Source: Octopus vulgaris
Lineage: Eukaryota
Direction of reading: 5' to 3'
DNA: 64,000 bases
Assembly (NCBI GenBank): GCA_951406725.2
Contig: OX597823.1
Span: 94,116,001 to 94,180,000 of the forward strand
How positions within the stretch are numbered: position 1 is the stretch's first letter; the number at the start of each line of letters is the position of its first letter. This document shows, piece after piece, positions 26,151 through 39,040 of the stretch. The position numbers and the translations under genes were made by a program. The notes beneath the pieces were generated by a model. The model made no database searches. It was not told the DNA's origin and was given only the letters and a program-made list of their open reading frames with translations.

Positions 26151-27001
26151 TAACCCAGCCTTCTGATTGAGGGTGGAGACGTTGGCCTGCTTATCTTGCT
26201 GCGGGGCGGTTTCTTTTGAAGGTTAAACGATGCAAAGTGCAATATGACCAGAACGAATGGGAATATCCGATAATCTGGTCCATCACGTGAGCCAAGATGG
26301 CAACATGGTGTCATTGAGATACATGTTTGAAATAGCATCCAGACCATTCACCTGTAACACGATGCCATTTTAAAGCAGGAAGGTCTTAGAAATTAAAAGC
26401 AACTTTCGTAATCATTCGCGCATATTTTGAAAACTTGTGCAATTTAATAAAGAAAGAAAACTATTCAACTACATTGGTGCATTTGGCAGAGTCACAAAAC
26501 ATAAAATTGATGATGTAGCAAAGTTAATGACGTGGGGAAGAGATTCTGGGAACAGTTTAATGAGAGGCATATCTGTTGTGATCGCCTGAACAACAAGAAG
26601 AGGAAGTAGAAATAAAAGAAAATGGCGACGATGTTTAATAAACTCTGCAAAGGAAGTACGTCGTTATTCAGTTTTACAAACCTCGCTTCAATCATTATAC
26701 CTTCTGACGTAACTTATATAAATGACATGTTTCTGTGATGAGTTACTGTAATTAAAATCGTGATAATTAAAACGATAATTGAAAGATGATGATTCAGGAG
26801 AGGAAATTTATTGTTATTGCGACAATGATAATTATTATTGTTATTAAGATAATGATCAAAAATACTTAACAGAATCGTTTATACCAATACAGATAATATT
26901 ACCATTTTCCAAATTATTATGGTCAACTTTAGAATGTATCTTTTCGATATACATACACATACATATTTGTAATTATATGCATATGATTGTGTGTATGTTT
27001 A

Positions 27002-27047
<46 letters not shown>

Positions 27048-27049
<2 letters not shown>

Positions 27050-27692
27050 CGCAGGAGTGGCTATGTGGTAAGAAGCTTCCTTCCCAATCACATAGTTCCG
27101 GGTTCAGTCCACTGTGTGAACTCTGGGGAAGTGTGTTCTACTATAGCCTCAGGCCAACCAAAGTCTTGTGAGTGGATTTGGTAGACGGAAACTGGAAGAA
27201 GCCCGTCTCATATATATATATATACATATATACATACATATACATACATATACACGACGGGGTTCTTCCAGTTTCCGTCGTATACATGTATGTATGTATG
27301 TATGTATGTATGTATGTATGTATGTATGTATGTATGTATGTATGTATGTATGTATGTATGTATGTATGTATGTATGTATGTATGTATGTATGTATGTATG
27401 TATGTATGTATGTATGTATGTATGTATGTATGTATGTATGTATGTATGTATGTATGTATGTATGTATGCATGTATGTATGTATTGGTGTGTCTATATTTG
27501 TCCCCCTACCATCGCTTGACAACCAATGTTGATGTGTTTACGTCCCCGAAACCTAGCGGTTCGGCAAAAGAGACTGATAGAATAAGTACTGGGCTTACAA
27601 ATAATAAATCCTGGGGTCGATTTGTTCTACTAAAATGATACTCCAGTATGGCCGCAGTCAAAATGACTAAAACAAGTAAAAGGAGTAAAGGA

Positions 27693-27695
<3 letters not shown>
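27048..27695 (+). mobile_element. SINE family A with (TATG)n expansion
   Basis: gcgcaggagtggctatgtggtaagaagc head; (TATG)n 27286-27480; 3' body to aagtaaaaggagtaaag. Confidence 0.85.
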
Positions 27696-27776
<81 letters not shown>

Positions 27777-28380
27777 TAATATTTCGCTTAGACATAGCAA
27801 TACTAATAATCCGGTGTTAAAACACATTATATACACGTGCTTCGGGACAAATCGTCAGTCGAGTACAGAGCGGTTATAACAAATTTTAACGACAAGGGAA
27901 TAAAATTTTCTCATGAATTTCAATACGTTACTACTGTTTCTACTATAGGATGTACTGCACTCTTAGTTCAGTACTTGAGTATCATGTTATAGCTTAATCG
28001 GAGGATGGACATGAAGTGCAATTTCATGGAGGAAAACAATCAATACTGTGAGGCAAGTGTGTAGTAAGAAGCTTGCTTCCTAACCACATGATTCCTGCCT
28101 GGTACTCTTTAGGCAAGTGTTTTCTACTAAAGCTTCGGGCCGACCAGATCCTTGTAAATGGATTTGGGAGACGGAAACTGAAAGAAGCCCGCCGTATATA
28201 TATATATGTATGTGTGTGTGTGTGTGTGTTGTGTATGTCGTGTGAGTTTAAATCGATATATGACTGTTAATGCTGAGTTTGGAGCTCTACGTAGATAATC
28301 AACTTGCTGTGTACTTCTAGCATAATGGTTCGTCAACCAATGTATTTAATAGTATTAATGGTCATGATAGACAGAGCAAA

Positions 28381-28520
28381 TGTAGGCGAAATTATGATGA
28401 ACAGGTGTTTATGTCATTTGTTCGCTACATACGTTTCAAATACGTTGCGATTAAACACAATGGTGAAACGTACGTAGGTAACAAGTGACATAAACTTGTA
28501 TTTATTATGATTTCCGACAC
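28381..28520. repeat. Imperfect ~140-bp hairpin (MITE-like)
   Basis: gtttatgtcatttgttcgctacatacgtttca pairs with tgaaacgtacgtaggtaacaagtgacataaac; outer arms also pair imperfectly. Confidence 0.6.
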
Positions 28521-28559
28521 AAGATAGTCGAAAAGGCCCGCAGGGCATGCTCCTTGATC

Positions 28560-28920
28560 TTCAAGACTTGCCAGTCGAGAGATGATCCAACCATTATACT
28601 TCTTTTTTTCCTACCTTCGTCCGCCCTTACCTTGAATACTGTTGTCCGCTATGGTCTCCCTACACGAGCCAGAATACTAAAAAGCTTGAAGAACCCCAGA
28701 GATTAATTACAAAAACAAATTGATGGCATGTCTGCTTTTAATTACTGGGATCGGCTCGAGAATCTCATACTGTATTCTCTCCAGCGCCGCCGAGAGCGCT
28801 TTATTATTCGTATCATGTGGAAATTATTCCGACATTATTGCCCAAATGATATCAGTATCACTTTTAAACTCCACCCAAGGCTTGGTCCCCGTTCCACGCG
28901 TCCTCTACAGAAATCGTGCT
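28560..28920 (+). mobile_element. CR1/L2-group LINE ORF2 C-terminal fragment
   Basis: TFVRPYLEYCCPLWSP...NYWDRLENLILYSLQRRRER, frameshifted. Confidence 0.85.
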
Positions 28921-28979
28921 ATTAAGTTAGCTATGGCCCGGGGCCAATGTGGCCAAAACCTATCTAAGTGTATATATAC

Positions 28980-29027
<48 letters not shown>

Positions 29028-29029
29028 TC

Positions 29030-29245
29030 TGTTTTATTTGTTACTCGTCCAGGCATTTAACTGCGACCATGCTAGGGGCACCGCCTTGAAGGATATTTAT
29101 TCGATTGAATCTACACCAGTGCTAATATTTTAAAAGACTGATACGTATTTTATCGGCCACTTTTGCCGAACTGCTAGGTGTCGGGGACGTAAGCACACCA
29201 ATATCAGTTTCAAATTGGTGGTAGCGTAACAAAACCCAGACACAC
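29030..29245 (-). mobile_element. SINE family A 3' part
   Basis: ctgcgaccatgctagggcaccgccttg...ttttgccgaactgctag..ggggacgtaagcacacc. Confidence 0.7.
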
Positions 29246-29294
<49 letters not shown>

Positions 29295-29588
29295 ATTTCT
29301 CCGTTTTTTTCTGTCCTTGTTTTCGTATACATTCGCTGGTTTCTTCCAAGGAATCTAATGACCTAAGCTTAGTTTTTCCTTGGGGTTGGCCAGATTGGAG
29401 CAATCTCGAGTATAACCACCCAAAATTGCAAAGATACTCTGGAACTCGACTGAAGAAGGAAAACTCCGAGTGACCCGTCCTTGTTTTTTTTATCTTCTGT
29501 TTGAATGTTTTGTTGTCCCCTTTTTTGTACCATTCAACTGTCTGGGTGTTTTGCTTTCTTTTCCCATTTTTGTTATTTCCGTATATAC

Positions 29589-29648
<60 letters not shown>

Positions 29649-29679
29649 AAATATATATATATATATATGTGTGTAAAAG

Positions 29680-29742
<63 letters not shown>

Positions 29743-31639
29743 AAAAGTAAATATATATATATATATACATATTTCTGTCTAGCAAAAGCGTGTGGTTGAG
29801 AATCACAATATAATTGTGCTAAGGAAGTCAATACTCGGGTAATTATCCTATCATACGCTTTCACCTTTCGTTGCCAATTACCAGTCCTTGCAGAGTAGCT
29901 CTAACATGGTTCATGTTTGTCCGTACGTCAGCGGCAGCGAAAACCATCAACCACAACCCTTTTCTCGATCCTCACCCCAAACATGAATCTATTACCAAAA
30001 CAAAAAAAATTAAAATATAACACATTAACATGAACCAACTACAGATAGAACTCTGTACGCCAAGGAATTAAAATCACTGCTCAAACATAAAAAAAGAAAA
30101 TACAAAACACCTTAGAATACAATGCATTACTGCAAATCAAGAAATTCATTTAATAATTTCTAATTAGAAAATGCTGATGACGAATAAAGAAAAAAATATA
30201 CATATATAATTCATTTGGGAATTGTTCAACACATTAGAAGTATATGGTGGTGTTGAATATAAAGTGAGCCAAAATTAGTTTCCGTCCATTGAAATAAATG
30301 TGGTTTGTCTTAGAAAATAATTATTATGCTTAGAGTTCAGGGTCAAAACAAGAACTCATTTCACAGTTCCCTGGCAAGTTTATTATACAAAGAATTTTGA
30401 TGATCGTTTAGCTTTATATTGTTATTGTCTTTCATTGGTGGTGTTCTTTTTAGGGTGTTTTTGTTCGTTTTGTCGCTTTTGTTGTTTTTGTTTTATTTCG
30501 TCTTCTTTGTTTTGTCTTTAGAAACGGAGTTTCGTGGTAAAATGTTTCCAGTAATTATCAGAGTTGTGAGAAATGTAGCAATTAAGTGCTGCAATTAAAT
30601 GATGACATCTTTTTTTTTATAATCTTTTGATTTAAATTCTTACCTTCAAGTGGCTTCTCTTTACATACACACATATCTGTATGCGTTATATATATACATA
30701 TAATAAAGGTGGCTTTTTTCTAATTTATATATATATATGTGCGTGTGTGTGTGTGCGCGTGTATGTGTATGTGTATATATGCATATATGTGTGCGTATAT
30801 ATATATATATATATATATGAATATATATGTATAAACATATATATATATATATGTATACATATATATGTGTGTCTGTGTATATATATATATATATGCACAC
30901 ACTGACACACACATAAATATGCATGTAAATATGCATAGATGTGTATATATATCTATATTCATATCTTTATAGACATATACACACATCTACATACACTTTT
31001 ACATACATCCCAGGATGTACAGTGTTAAAATCTAGGCCATGCCATGTCCGTAATATACAAATATATTGATACAAATATTACATACGCACCCATGTAATCA
31101 GCAAACACCCGCACATACATACGCAACCATAATCACACAACACGACAGCATTAAAGTTTATATATAGATAATCCAGACTAATATTAAAGTTTTACAAATA
31201 GCAACTAAATCCTTTCTCATAGTTTTAATCTTCTTACAATATTTCACTTTACAATAATCTGTTTCACATTTTCCGGCAACCTTTCGGCCTTCTCTGCTTT
31301 CGTATAAGCATTGCTGTGTTTTAATGTCTATTCCGTAGGTAGTTCTTTCTCTATTGATGTGCCTTTTTCAACTAAACTGTTGCGCTGTCAGATGCGTATT
31401 TCTGTTCACTCTGTTGGTTTATGGTAAGCTACCTTCAAAGGAATCTGTCACCGGAATCAAAATTCCTTTGTTTACTTTAATATGTACTATGTGTGTAAAC
31501 TGACCAGTTTGAACTAAAGAATTAAAGGCGCATTAGTTGAATTTATCTGACCATTACTTACGACTGCACTTCATAGCAATGCAACTTCCCTTCTGTAAAA
31601 TATGGACATATTTAAAAGAAAAATCCCCGCGAGAGCCTC

Positions 31640-31995
31640 TGTGCTGTCACTCAATCTCCTATAAATATCAACCAGCAACAGATCCTCCGTCAGTTGCGAC
31701 GACCAATGTTCCAGCTGATCCGATCAACGGAACAGTCTGCTCGAAAATTAACGTGGCTGAGCACTCCACAGACACGTGCACTCTTAACGTAGTTCTAAGG
31801 GAAATTCAGCGTGACACAATGTGACAAGGCTGTCCTTTCGATATACAGGTTCAAATCATTTTTACCAGTTGAATGGACTGGAGCAACTTGAAATAAAGTG
31901 TCGTGGTCAAAGACACATTGCGCTGCCTGGAATCGAACTCATGACCTTACGATCGTGAACTGAATACCATAAACACTAAAGCACGCGCTTTCACA
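31640..31995 (-). mobile_element. SINE family C
   Basis: gttccagctgatccgatcaacggaacag...ggaatcgaactcatgaccttacgatcgtga. Confidence 0.8.
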
Positions 31996-32020
31996 AATCC
32001 CGCAACACTGACATCTTTAA

Positions 32021-32812
32021 CCCATTCATGCCGATCGTCCGTTTAAACTGAACCTTAATTTATAAGAGTACTAGCAGCTAAACCCGGTTTCACCCGGTCT
32101 GTTTGGATAATGTGGCTGTGATCGTTTTTGGTTAGGCATATGTGAATGAAAATTAAGTTCAGATGTGTACATGGTAGCTAGACCTGGTAGAAATAGCAGC
32201 CAAATCTCCCTCAAAGCACCCTACTGTCTTAATCCAACAATTCTGCCTATTATATAGCTTGAATGAGAAACTATAACTAAAGATTAAGATTATTAACCCC
32301 TCAAAGAGGTGAAAGAAGAGAGAAAGCATAGTGAAAGTTTTGGCTGACTGTCACCCTGTACTCCCCTTGTTGCCGACAGTGTGAGCAACTGGTTGTTTTA
32401 ATGGCAGAACAAAGAGGGGAATTCCATTAGAAAAAGTTTTAATCGTTTTTCTCAATAAGTATGGGGGCTAGGGAAAAAATAGAAACTGCATTCCAATCTA
32501 TGCATCCATCTCCATATGTGTGCCATTCTTCACGCGAATTCACCCAGCCGTTTGGCTGTGAACTTCAAGACAAGAAAGAATGCAATGGTCACCCCTGTCC
32601 AATTTATATTATAGATAAAACAAATACATGACACAAATATTGATTTCTGTATGATCTGTATCAAACAATGAAACATGTTCTTAACGCGTATGCTGTCTGT
32701 ATCAAACGGATTTCAATGAAAATTTTTTTTCAGTTGATATTTAGGTCAAAATAATAGTCTCTCTGAATTTTCAGGTAATTTCATTCACTAGAACAATTTC
32801 GGTACGAATGGG
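32021..32812. mobile_element. piggyBac-type MITE with TTAA target-site duplication
   Basis: TTAA|CCCATTCATGCCGA ... TCGGTACGAATGGG|TTAA; TIR 12/14 identical. Confidence 0.75.
32071..32615 (-). mobile_element. Non-autonomous Helitron nested in the piggyBac MITE
   Basis: Minus strand: A|TCTATAATATAAA ... CCGGGTGAAACCGGG subterminal hairpin ... GCTGCTAG|T; 5'-TC, 3'-CTAG, A/T target, no TSD. Confidence 0.75.
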
Positions 32813-32939
32813 TTAATAACATTTCTTGAAACAAAGAAATTTTTTCACGGTTTTATGAACCAAAAGTTTGGATTTCTTTAATCGATGATTCGTGAACTTT
32901 GCGCTAAGAAGTGTGTCTTATTGCTTCGTAAGATTTACC

Positions 32940-33285
32940 AAAACAAAAACAAAATAGTGTAATATGTGTAAAACAACTTGCTCTAAACGAATATGACAAA
33001 AAAAAATGCGCTCTCGCGAAAGAGGGGTGGGGGAGAGGCCTATGCATATAAGGTTTGCAATCGTTTCCTGTATTCCCTTATTATTCTAAATCTAAATTTA
33101 CATGTATATATATTATATTAAATTAGAGATTGATTAAACCTCGCCAAGTTAAATATTTGAAAAAACGCGCTCGCGAAAGGGGGTGGGGGAGAGGCTTCGA
33201 AAATTTCACATCTTCAGTCCACGGCCTTTAAACTAAGAAAAAATAGTGTAATTGGTGTAAAACTACTTGTTCTAAACGAGTATCA
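32940..33285 (+). repeat. Interleaved short direct repeats (probable transposon subterminal repeats)
   Basis: aaaatagtgtaa..gtgtaaaac.acttg.tctaaacga.tat twice (32951, 33240); cgcgaaag.ggggtgggggagaggc twice (33015, 33172). Confidence 0.6.
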
Positions 33286-34077
33286 AGAACACACACTCAC
33301 ACATGAATCATAAACTCCGTATTTCGCAAAAAAAAAAATAAAGAGAAGAAATTCTGGAAAAAGTGAAGAAATGTTGGATCTCATTCCTTGGTTAAAGCTA
33401 TTTTAAACATTAAATTTATGCTTTTCTTTGAAATAGTTCAGATATATGCAACAGTTTTCGGGTTGTTAGGGAGGGAAGAAAAACCTTCGATAAATCATAT
33501 TTTATTCAAATAAGAAGAGAACTGATGACGATTTCAGATTTGTCCATGAGTTTATAAGGTTAATGTCATTAGTAAAGAATTTAAGAGGTGAGTATCGTTG
33601 TTTATTACACACATGTGAGTGAGAACACTTTGAGATATTTTTGGTATCTAACATATGTCAGATACTGCGAGCGCTGCTTCTGATTGGTCAATCCATGGTG
33701 ATGACCCGAGGTCACGGTGACGGCACTACTTTTGTCATTCATAAGTTACGACTAAACTTCATTCATTACTTTCACGAGCAGGTAGAATGAATAGCCATGT
33801 AACTAAACAAACTTACTATCTTTTTTATACCAGATATCACTTAAAGTCATATACACATAAAATATAAACATTTCTGCGGTAATTCAATTTTTTGAAAAAA
33901 TCACAACATAACAAAATGTTAAACAGTCATCAGTTATCAGTCATTTCACCTGTGTGGACTATCTTCCTGCGGCATGACATCTTTTACAGTTACACATTGT
34001 GACACATGCGCGCTTCAACACGATGTGAAGAATTTAGTTATTGGTTTAATAAAATATGATTCGTGTGTAATAAATAA

Positions 34078-34221
34078 AATACCAAACTCATTCCCTATGG
34101 ATACCGTATTTATTACAACTCGTGGCTTGTAAACGTATCTAACCCGCTTTCGCTCGTTAGATACGTTTACAAGCCACTCGTTGTAATAAATACGGTATCC
34201 ATAGGGAACTCGTTTGGTATT
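34078..34221. repeat. Palindromic MITE-like hairpin with TC/TC internal mismatches
   Basis: ~70-bp arms around gc-tttc-gc; mismatches confined to three CTCG-type sites. Confidence 0.8.
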
Positions 34222-34299
34222 CTCTATATCTCTAGTACAATGTCTCATTGGGATGGTTATTCGGTTTCCATGGCGTATAAGTGATCCAGATCTCAAGAT

Positions 34300-34845
34300 T
34301 ACCCATGGATAGGATGCTAGTCCATTGCAGGGCAACTCATTTACAGCTGAGTGGACTGTAGCAACGTGAGATGAAACGCTTTGCTTTACTCTGGGATTGA
34401 AACCGTGATCTTGCGATTGTGAGCGCAGGATTTTGTCCACAAGACTACGCGCCTTCATTCGAAAGGTTAAGCACAATATCTAACGAGAGAAGAAGAACTT
34501 GTTGCGTGAAGAAGTATTTAATAGAGAGGATATGCTTGTTGGTTCACGGATAAAAGAATCAAGTGACCCAGATCTCCGTCGGTTACGACTACGTGTGTTC
34601 CAGTTAAGCTGATCAAAGGAACAGCCAGGGCATGAAATCAACGTGAAAGTGGCTGAGCCCTCCACATATAGCGTACCTTTAACTTGGCCGTTTGAATTAC
34701 AGGTACAACGCATTCTTGCCAGCTGAGTGAACCGGGGCAATATGAGATAAATTATCTTGCTCAGGGACTGAACGCTCCGCCGGGAATTGAACACCTGGCC
34801 GGACGATCTTAAGCTAAATACACTAACCGCTAAGCCACACGCTTA
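34300..34845 (-). mobile_element. Two SINE family C-type copies
   Basis: 34300-34457 and 34570-34845: cagctgagtggactg..gcaacgtgag and gttccagttaagctgatcaaaggaacagcc...ctaaccgctaagccacacgc. Confidence 0.75.
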
Positions 34846-35559
34846 TTACTAGAAGGGGATATACGAAGCACTTCAAGTCAAAGTTATAGCGTGATGGTGA
34901 GTGAATATTTTCCAATCGCTAAAATGGTTTTATTTTACATACATACGATGTACTCGTGGTAGGAACACTCGCGAGATACATCAGCAGTACTCTAACGTTG
35001 GATCTGCTTTCTTTAAGATCAGCGTTTGATCAAATTACTAACACTAAATTGGAAACTTAAATATTTGAATGGAAGGTTAGCAACGTTAGAAATATTATCT
35101 GAACTTTTACCGTCACTTAAGTTTCTAACACACTTTAGAGATATGCATCACACTCACATCGCATTTACCATTTCAGAATTCTTCCCTAAAACTCAGTTCC
35201 TTTCTACCAAATAAATATAAAAAAATTATGCTTGTTACTGACATTGCCGAATTCCCTTATTCCAAATTACAAAAATGATTTTAAAAATACACAGAACTGT
35301 ATTGTTTCTACTTCGCGGAATTTCCCCTATCGCGGAGTTTTGGGAACGTAACACCTGCGATATTCGAAGGATTAATATATTGTCTCATAGCATCAAGATT
35401 TCGATGATGTGATCGTTTATTTTTAGAATGGCATTGTAGGGTACGTGTAAGAAGGCAGATGTGGACAGGCTGAACATTAAACATGTAGAATATTTAGGTT
35501 GGATATAGCCAGATTAAATGCAAAATAGTTAAAAGGAGTGTTAAGACACCGAATGCTTG

Positions 35560-35930
35560 ACGCACTTTATTTTATCGAAGCCGGAGGGATGGAAGACATA
35601 ACTGGCCTCAGCTGGATTTGAACTCGGAACGTAAAGAGCCGAAACAATACTGCAAAGCATTTTTCCGATGCTCTAATCATCCTGGAAGCGCACAGCCTTA
35701 AAGTTTTCTGATTTTGACAAAAGAGCTGCAATTTTAAATGGAGTGGGGATAAGCAAACAGCTTCAACTCCAGTATTCTACTGGTGCTTTACCCTATCGAC
35801 CCCGGGAGGATAAAAAGTTAAAGCTGACCTCGACGGGATTTCATCTCAGATTGGAAGGGACCAGAAAAAAAATTATCGCAAAGCATCTTTGCCGATGCTG
35901 TAGCGATTGTGCCATCTCGCTGCACTTTAC
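35560..35930 (-). mobile_element. Two degenerate SINE B copies
   Basis: atttgaactcggaacgtaaag; tatcgaccccgggagg..tgacctcgacggg. Confidence 0.55.
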
Positions 35931-36205
35931 AAGGATTAAAAAAGAACGACCAGAAGTGAAATGTTTTTTCACCATTGGTCTTTCTGACCAGTATTCACCT
36001 AGGACTGAATAGTAACAGTAGCGAAAGCAAAAAACGAATTAACAATATTTTTTTCTCAATCACTGATTGGAGAATAAAATTTAGTCGTTCAACTGAAACT
36101 AAACATTTCCCGGCAATCCTATAGAAACGAATTGAACACGGTTGATTAACTATTGTATTCAGTTTATTTATTTTAGTAGAAATCATTGGCTATATATATA
36201 TATAT

Positions 36206-36206
<1 letters not shown>

Positions 36207-36302
<96 letters not shown>

Positions 36303-36561
36303 CAGATAGATAGATATTAAGATAAAACTTACTCGGAGAAGGGTGCGTGGCGTTCGATCATATAATGATATAAATAATATATAAACAATATATAAATATA
36401 TGCATATATACATACATATATGTACATACCTATATCTATATGTATATATACATCGTTTTTTGATGTCCTGTGCCCATATATGCATGTATATATACATATA
36501 GATGTAGGTATGTACATAAATGTATGTATATATGCATATATTTATATATCATTTATATTAT

Positions 36562-36647
<86 letters not shown>

Positions 36648-37014
36648 TATTCGTGTGTGTACTGAGAGAGAGAGGAGGAGAGAGAGAGAGTGGTAGAAGC
36701 ATACGTTTAGATGTATGCGTATATGAGGTGCCTGAGTAATAGTTTGCACAGACGCGTGTTTCTGATTTTGGTATTTGAACTTTAAAATTATATATACGCG
36801 TACATATGTGGGTGTGTATGTATATACATATGTGATTGCGAAGGCGCATAGCTCAGTGGTTAGAACGTCGGGCTCACAATTATGAGATTGTTAGTTCGAT
36901 TCCGGGACCAGGCTGTGTTGTGTTCTTGAGCAACGCACTTTATTTCACGTTGCTCCACATCACTCAGCTGTAGAAAGGAGTTGCATCGTCATGGGGTCTT
37001 TATCATATATATAG

Positions 37015-37098
<84 letters not shown>
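36207..37098 (+). repeat. Cluster of (TAGA)n tracts with a SINE C-type head at 36838-36990
   Basis: (TAGA)n at 36207-36315, 36560-36645, 37017-37098; gaaggcgcatagctcagtggttagaacgtcggg...gttcgattcc. Confidence 0.85.
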
Positions 37099-37099
<1 letters not shown>

Positions 37100-37139
37100 T
37101 TGAGAGAAAAGGTCGCCAGAATTTTGGAAAAGTCTTTAT

Positions 37140-37412
37140 ATTTCTTCATTATTACTAGCCTTTGGTTCGTTTCTTGAACTTATCAAATAGAATTTTGTGA
37201 ATGTTCAATACTGATGCAGAATTGAGAGCTTGCTTGGATCAATGTTTCGAGTAAAAATTGGGTGATATCTAACAACGAGGTATTGAAAATCTTGTTGAAC
37301 GGTGGGGGAGAAGTTTTAAACAAAAAGGGTGAATACATTATTGATTAATTAGTTGTTATTTTTTTATTAAACCATTAAGAGAAAACGGCGGGAACTTAGT
37401 TGCCAACCAATA
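37140..37412 (+). mobile_element. Mariner transposon 3' fragment with terminal inverted repeat
   Basis: DAELRACLDQCFE...QRGIENLVERW...KKGEYIID* then aaaacggcgggaacttagttgccaaccaaTA. Confidence 0.8.
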
Positions 37413-37707
37413 CATCAAATACAGAATAGACAACACAGCAGAAGGTGATAAGTGCAGAATTTGTGCATAAAATGGTGAAACCGTATGGCATAATCTCAAG
37501 TAATAAAGGGAACAAATAGGGGCTGCAATAAGGGTGGAACACTTGCAGAAAACAACACTGCTTGGAACCGCCGGAATACTCCAGAAGGTGCTCAAAAAAT
37601 AAGAGGTGTTACCTTAGTTTACTGGTAGTAAACAGCTAACACTGTAGTACATCTCCAGCGTTAGCAGCTGTGCAAAGGCAAGAAGAAGAAGAAGAAGAAG
37701 AAGAAGA
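37411..37707 (+). mobile_element. R4/Dong-like non-LTR retrotransposon 3' fragment, internally deleted, with (AAG)n
   Basis: YIKYRIDNTAEGDKCRICA..GETVWH (zinc knuckle) then IRVEHLQKTTLLGTAGILQKVL; 3' UTR shared with 8170-8280. Confidence 0.8.
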
Positions 37708-37709
37708 AT

Positions 37710-37925
37710 CCTGTCTTCTATGGGCACAAGGCCTGAAATTTTGGGGGTAGGGGCTAAATCGATTATGTCGACTCCAGTGCGTAACCGTTACTTATTTCAT
37801 CAACCCCGAAAGGATGAAGGTCAAAGTCAACCTTGGAGTAATTTGAACTCAGAACATGAAGATTGACGGAATACCGCTCTGCATTTCGACCGGCGTGCTA
37901 ACGATTCTACCAGTTCAACGCCTTC
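37710..37925 (-). mobile_element. SINE family B
   Basis: gcacaaggcctgaaattttgggg...ccgaaaggatgaagg...atttgaactcagaac...cgtgctaacgattct. Confidence 0.8.
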
Positions 37926-38429
37926 ATAATAAGAACAATATACGAAACTCTTTTATAGGCTGAACATAAACGTTCTGAAATATAACATCTTGTTTCTTGC
38001 AACTTTTCTCCAGAAATGTCGCCAGTTGGTCTTCATTAGCGTAGCTATTAGTCAATGATGAATAGCAATATGGAATTGCTTAACAGATATAGTCAATATG
38101 GAGGCGACTAATGACTGAAAAAAAAAACACACAATATTAATAAAGTATTACATAATAATTTTGTTTTAACAAAAACCGGACTTGCTGGATTGCAACGATA
38201 TGAGGAATTAGGCGAAAGTATTTACTGGTTCGATTAAAACAGGTGGAATAAGGGAAATATATATAATTTGAAATCACTGAGTACCAACTGTTTACTGTTG
38301 GTACAGTCATTTATATAACTCCGAGTAATCAGTTTGTAATGTTATTTTTTAAATTTATACTACATATATTAACTTGGTTAATCCTTAGAATATCAATAAG
38401 ACCCTACTTGTGACTAAGTTTCAAATTCA

Positions 38430-39040
38430 CGGAGTGGCCGTGTGGTAAGAAGCTTGCTTACGAACCATATGGTTCCGGGTTCAGTCCCACTGAGTGGCAC
38501 CTTGAGCAAGTGCGTTCTACTATAACCTCGGGTCGACCAAATCCTTGTGAGTGGATTTAGTAGACAGAAACTAAAAGAAGCCCGTCATATATGTGTGTGT
38601 GTGTGTGTGTGTTTGTGCGTGTGTTTGTGTCTGTGTTCGTCCCCCTCCATCGCTTGACAACCGATGTTGGTGCGTTTATGTCCCCGTAATTTAGCGGTTC
38701 GGCAATAGACCGAGAGGATAAGTACTAGGCTTACAAAAAATAAGTCCTGGGATAGATTTGTTCGACTAAAGGCGGTGCTCCAGCATGGCCACAGTCAAAT
38801 TACTGAAACAAGTAAAAGAATAAAAGAATACTTACATAAACTTTTATCTCTGATCGTTTTATCCTTCACTTCTTTCAGTCATCAGACTGCGGCCATGCTG
38901 CAGCAACGCCTTGAGGAATTTTTAGTTGAATGAATCGCCCAAGGGAATTCATTACTTTTTCCTTTAGCCTGGTATTTATCCTATCGGTGAGTTTTGCCAA
39001 ACCGCTAAGTTACTGGGACGTGTACACAAGAACACCGGTT
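38430..39040. mobile_element. Convergent SINE family A pair
   Basis: Full + copy 38430-38830 and - 3' fragment 38870-39040. Confidence 0.85.
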
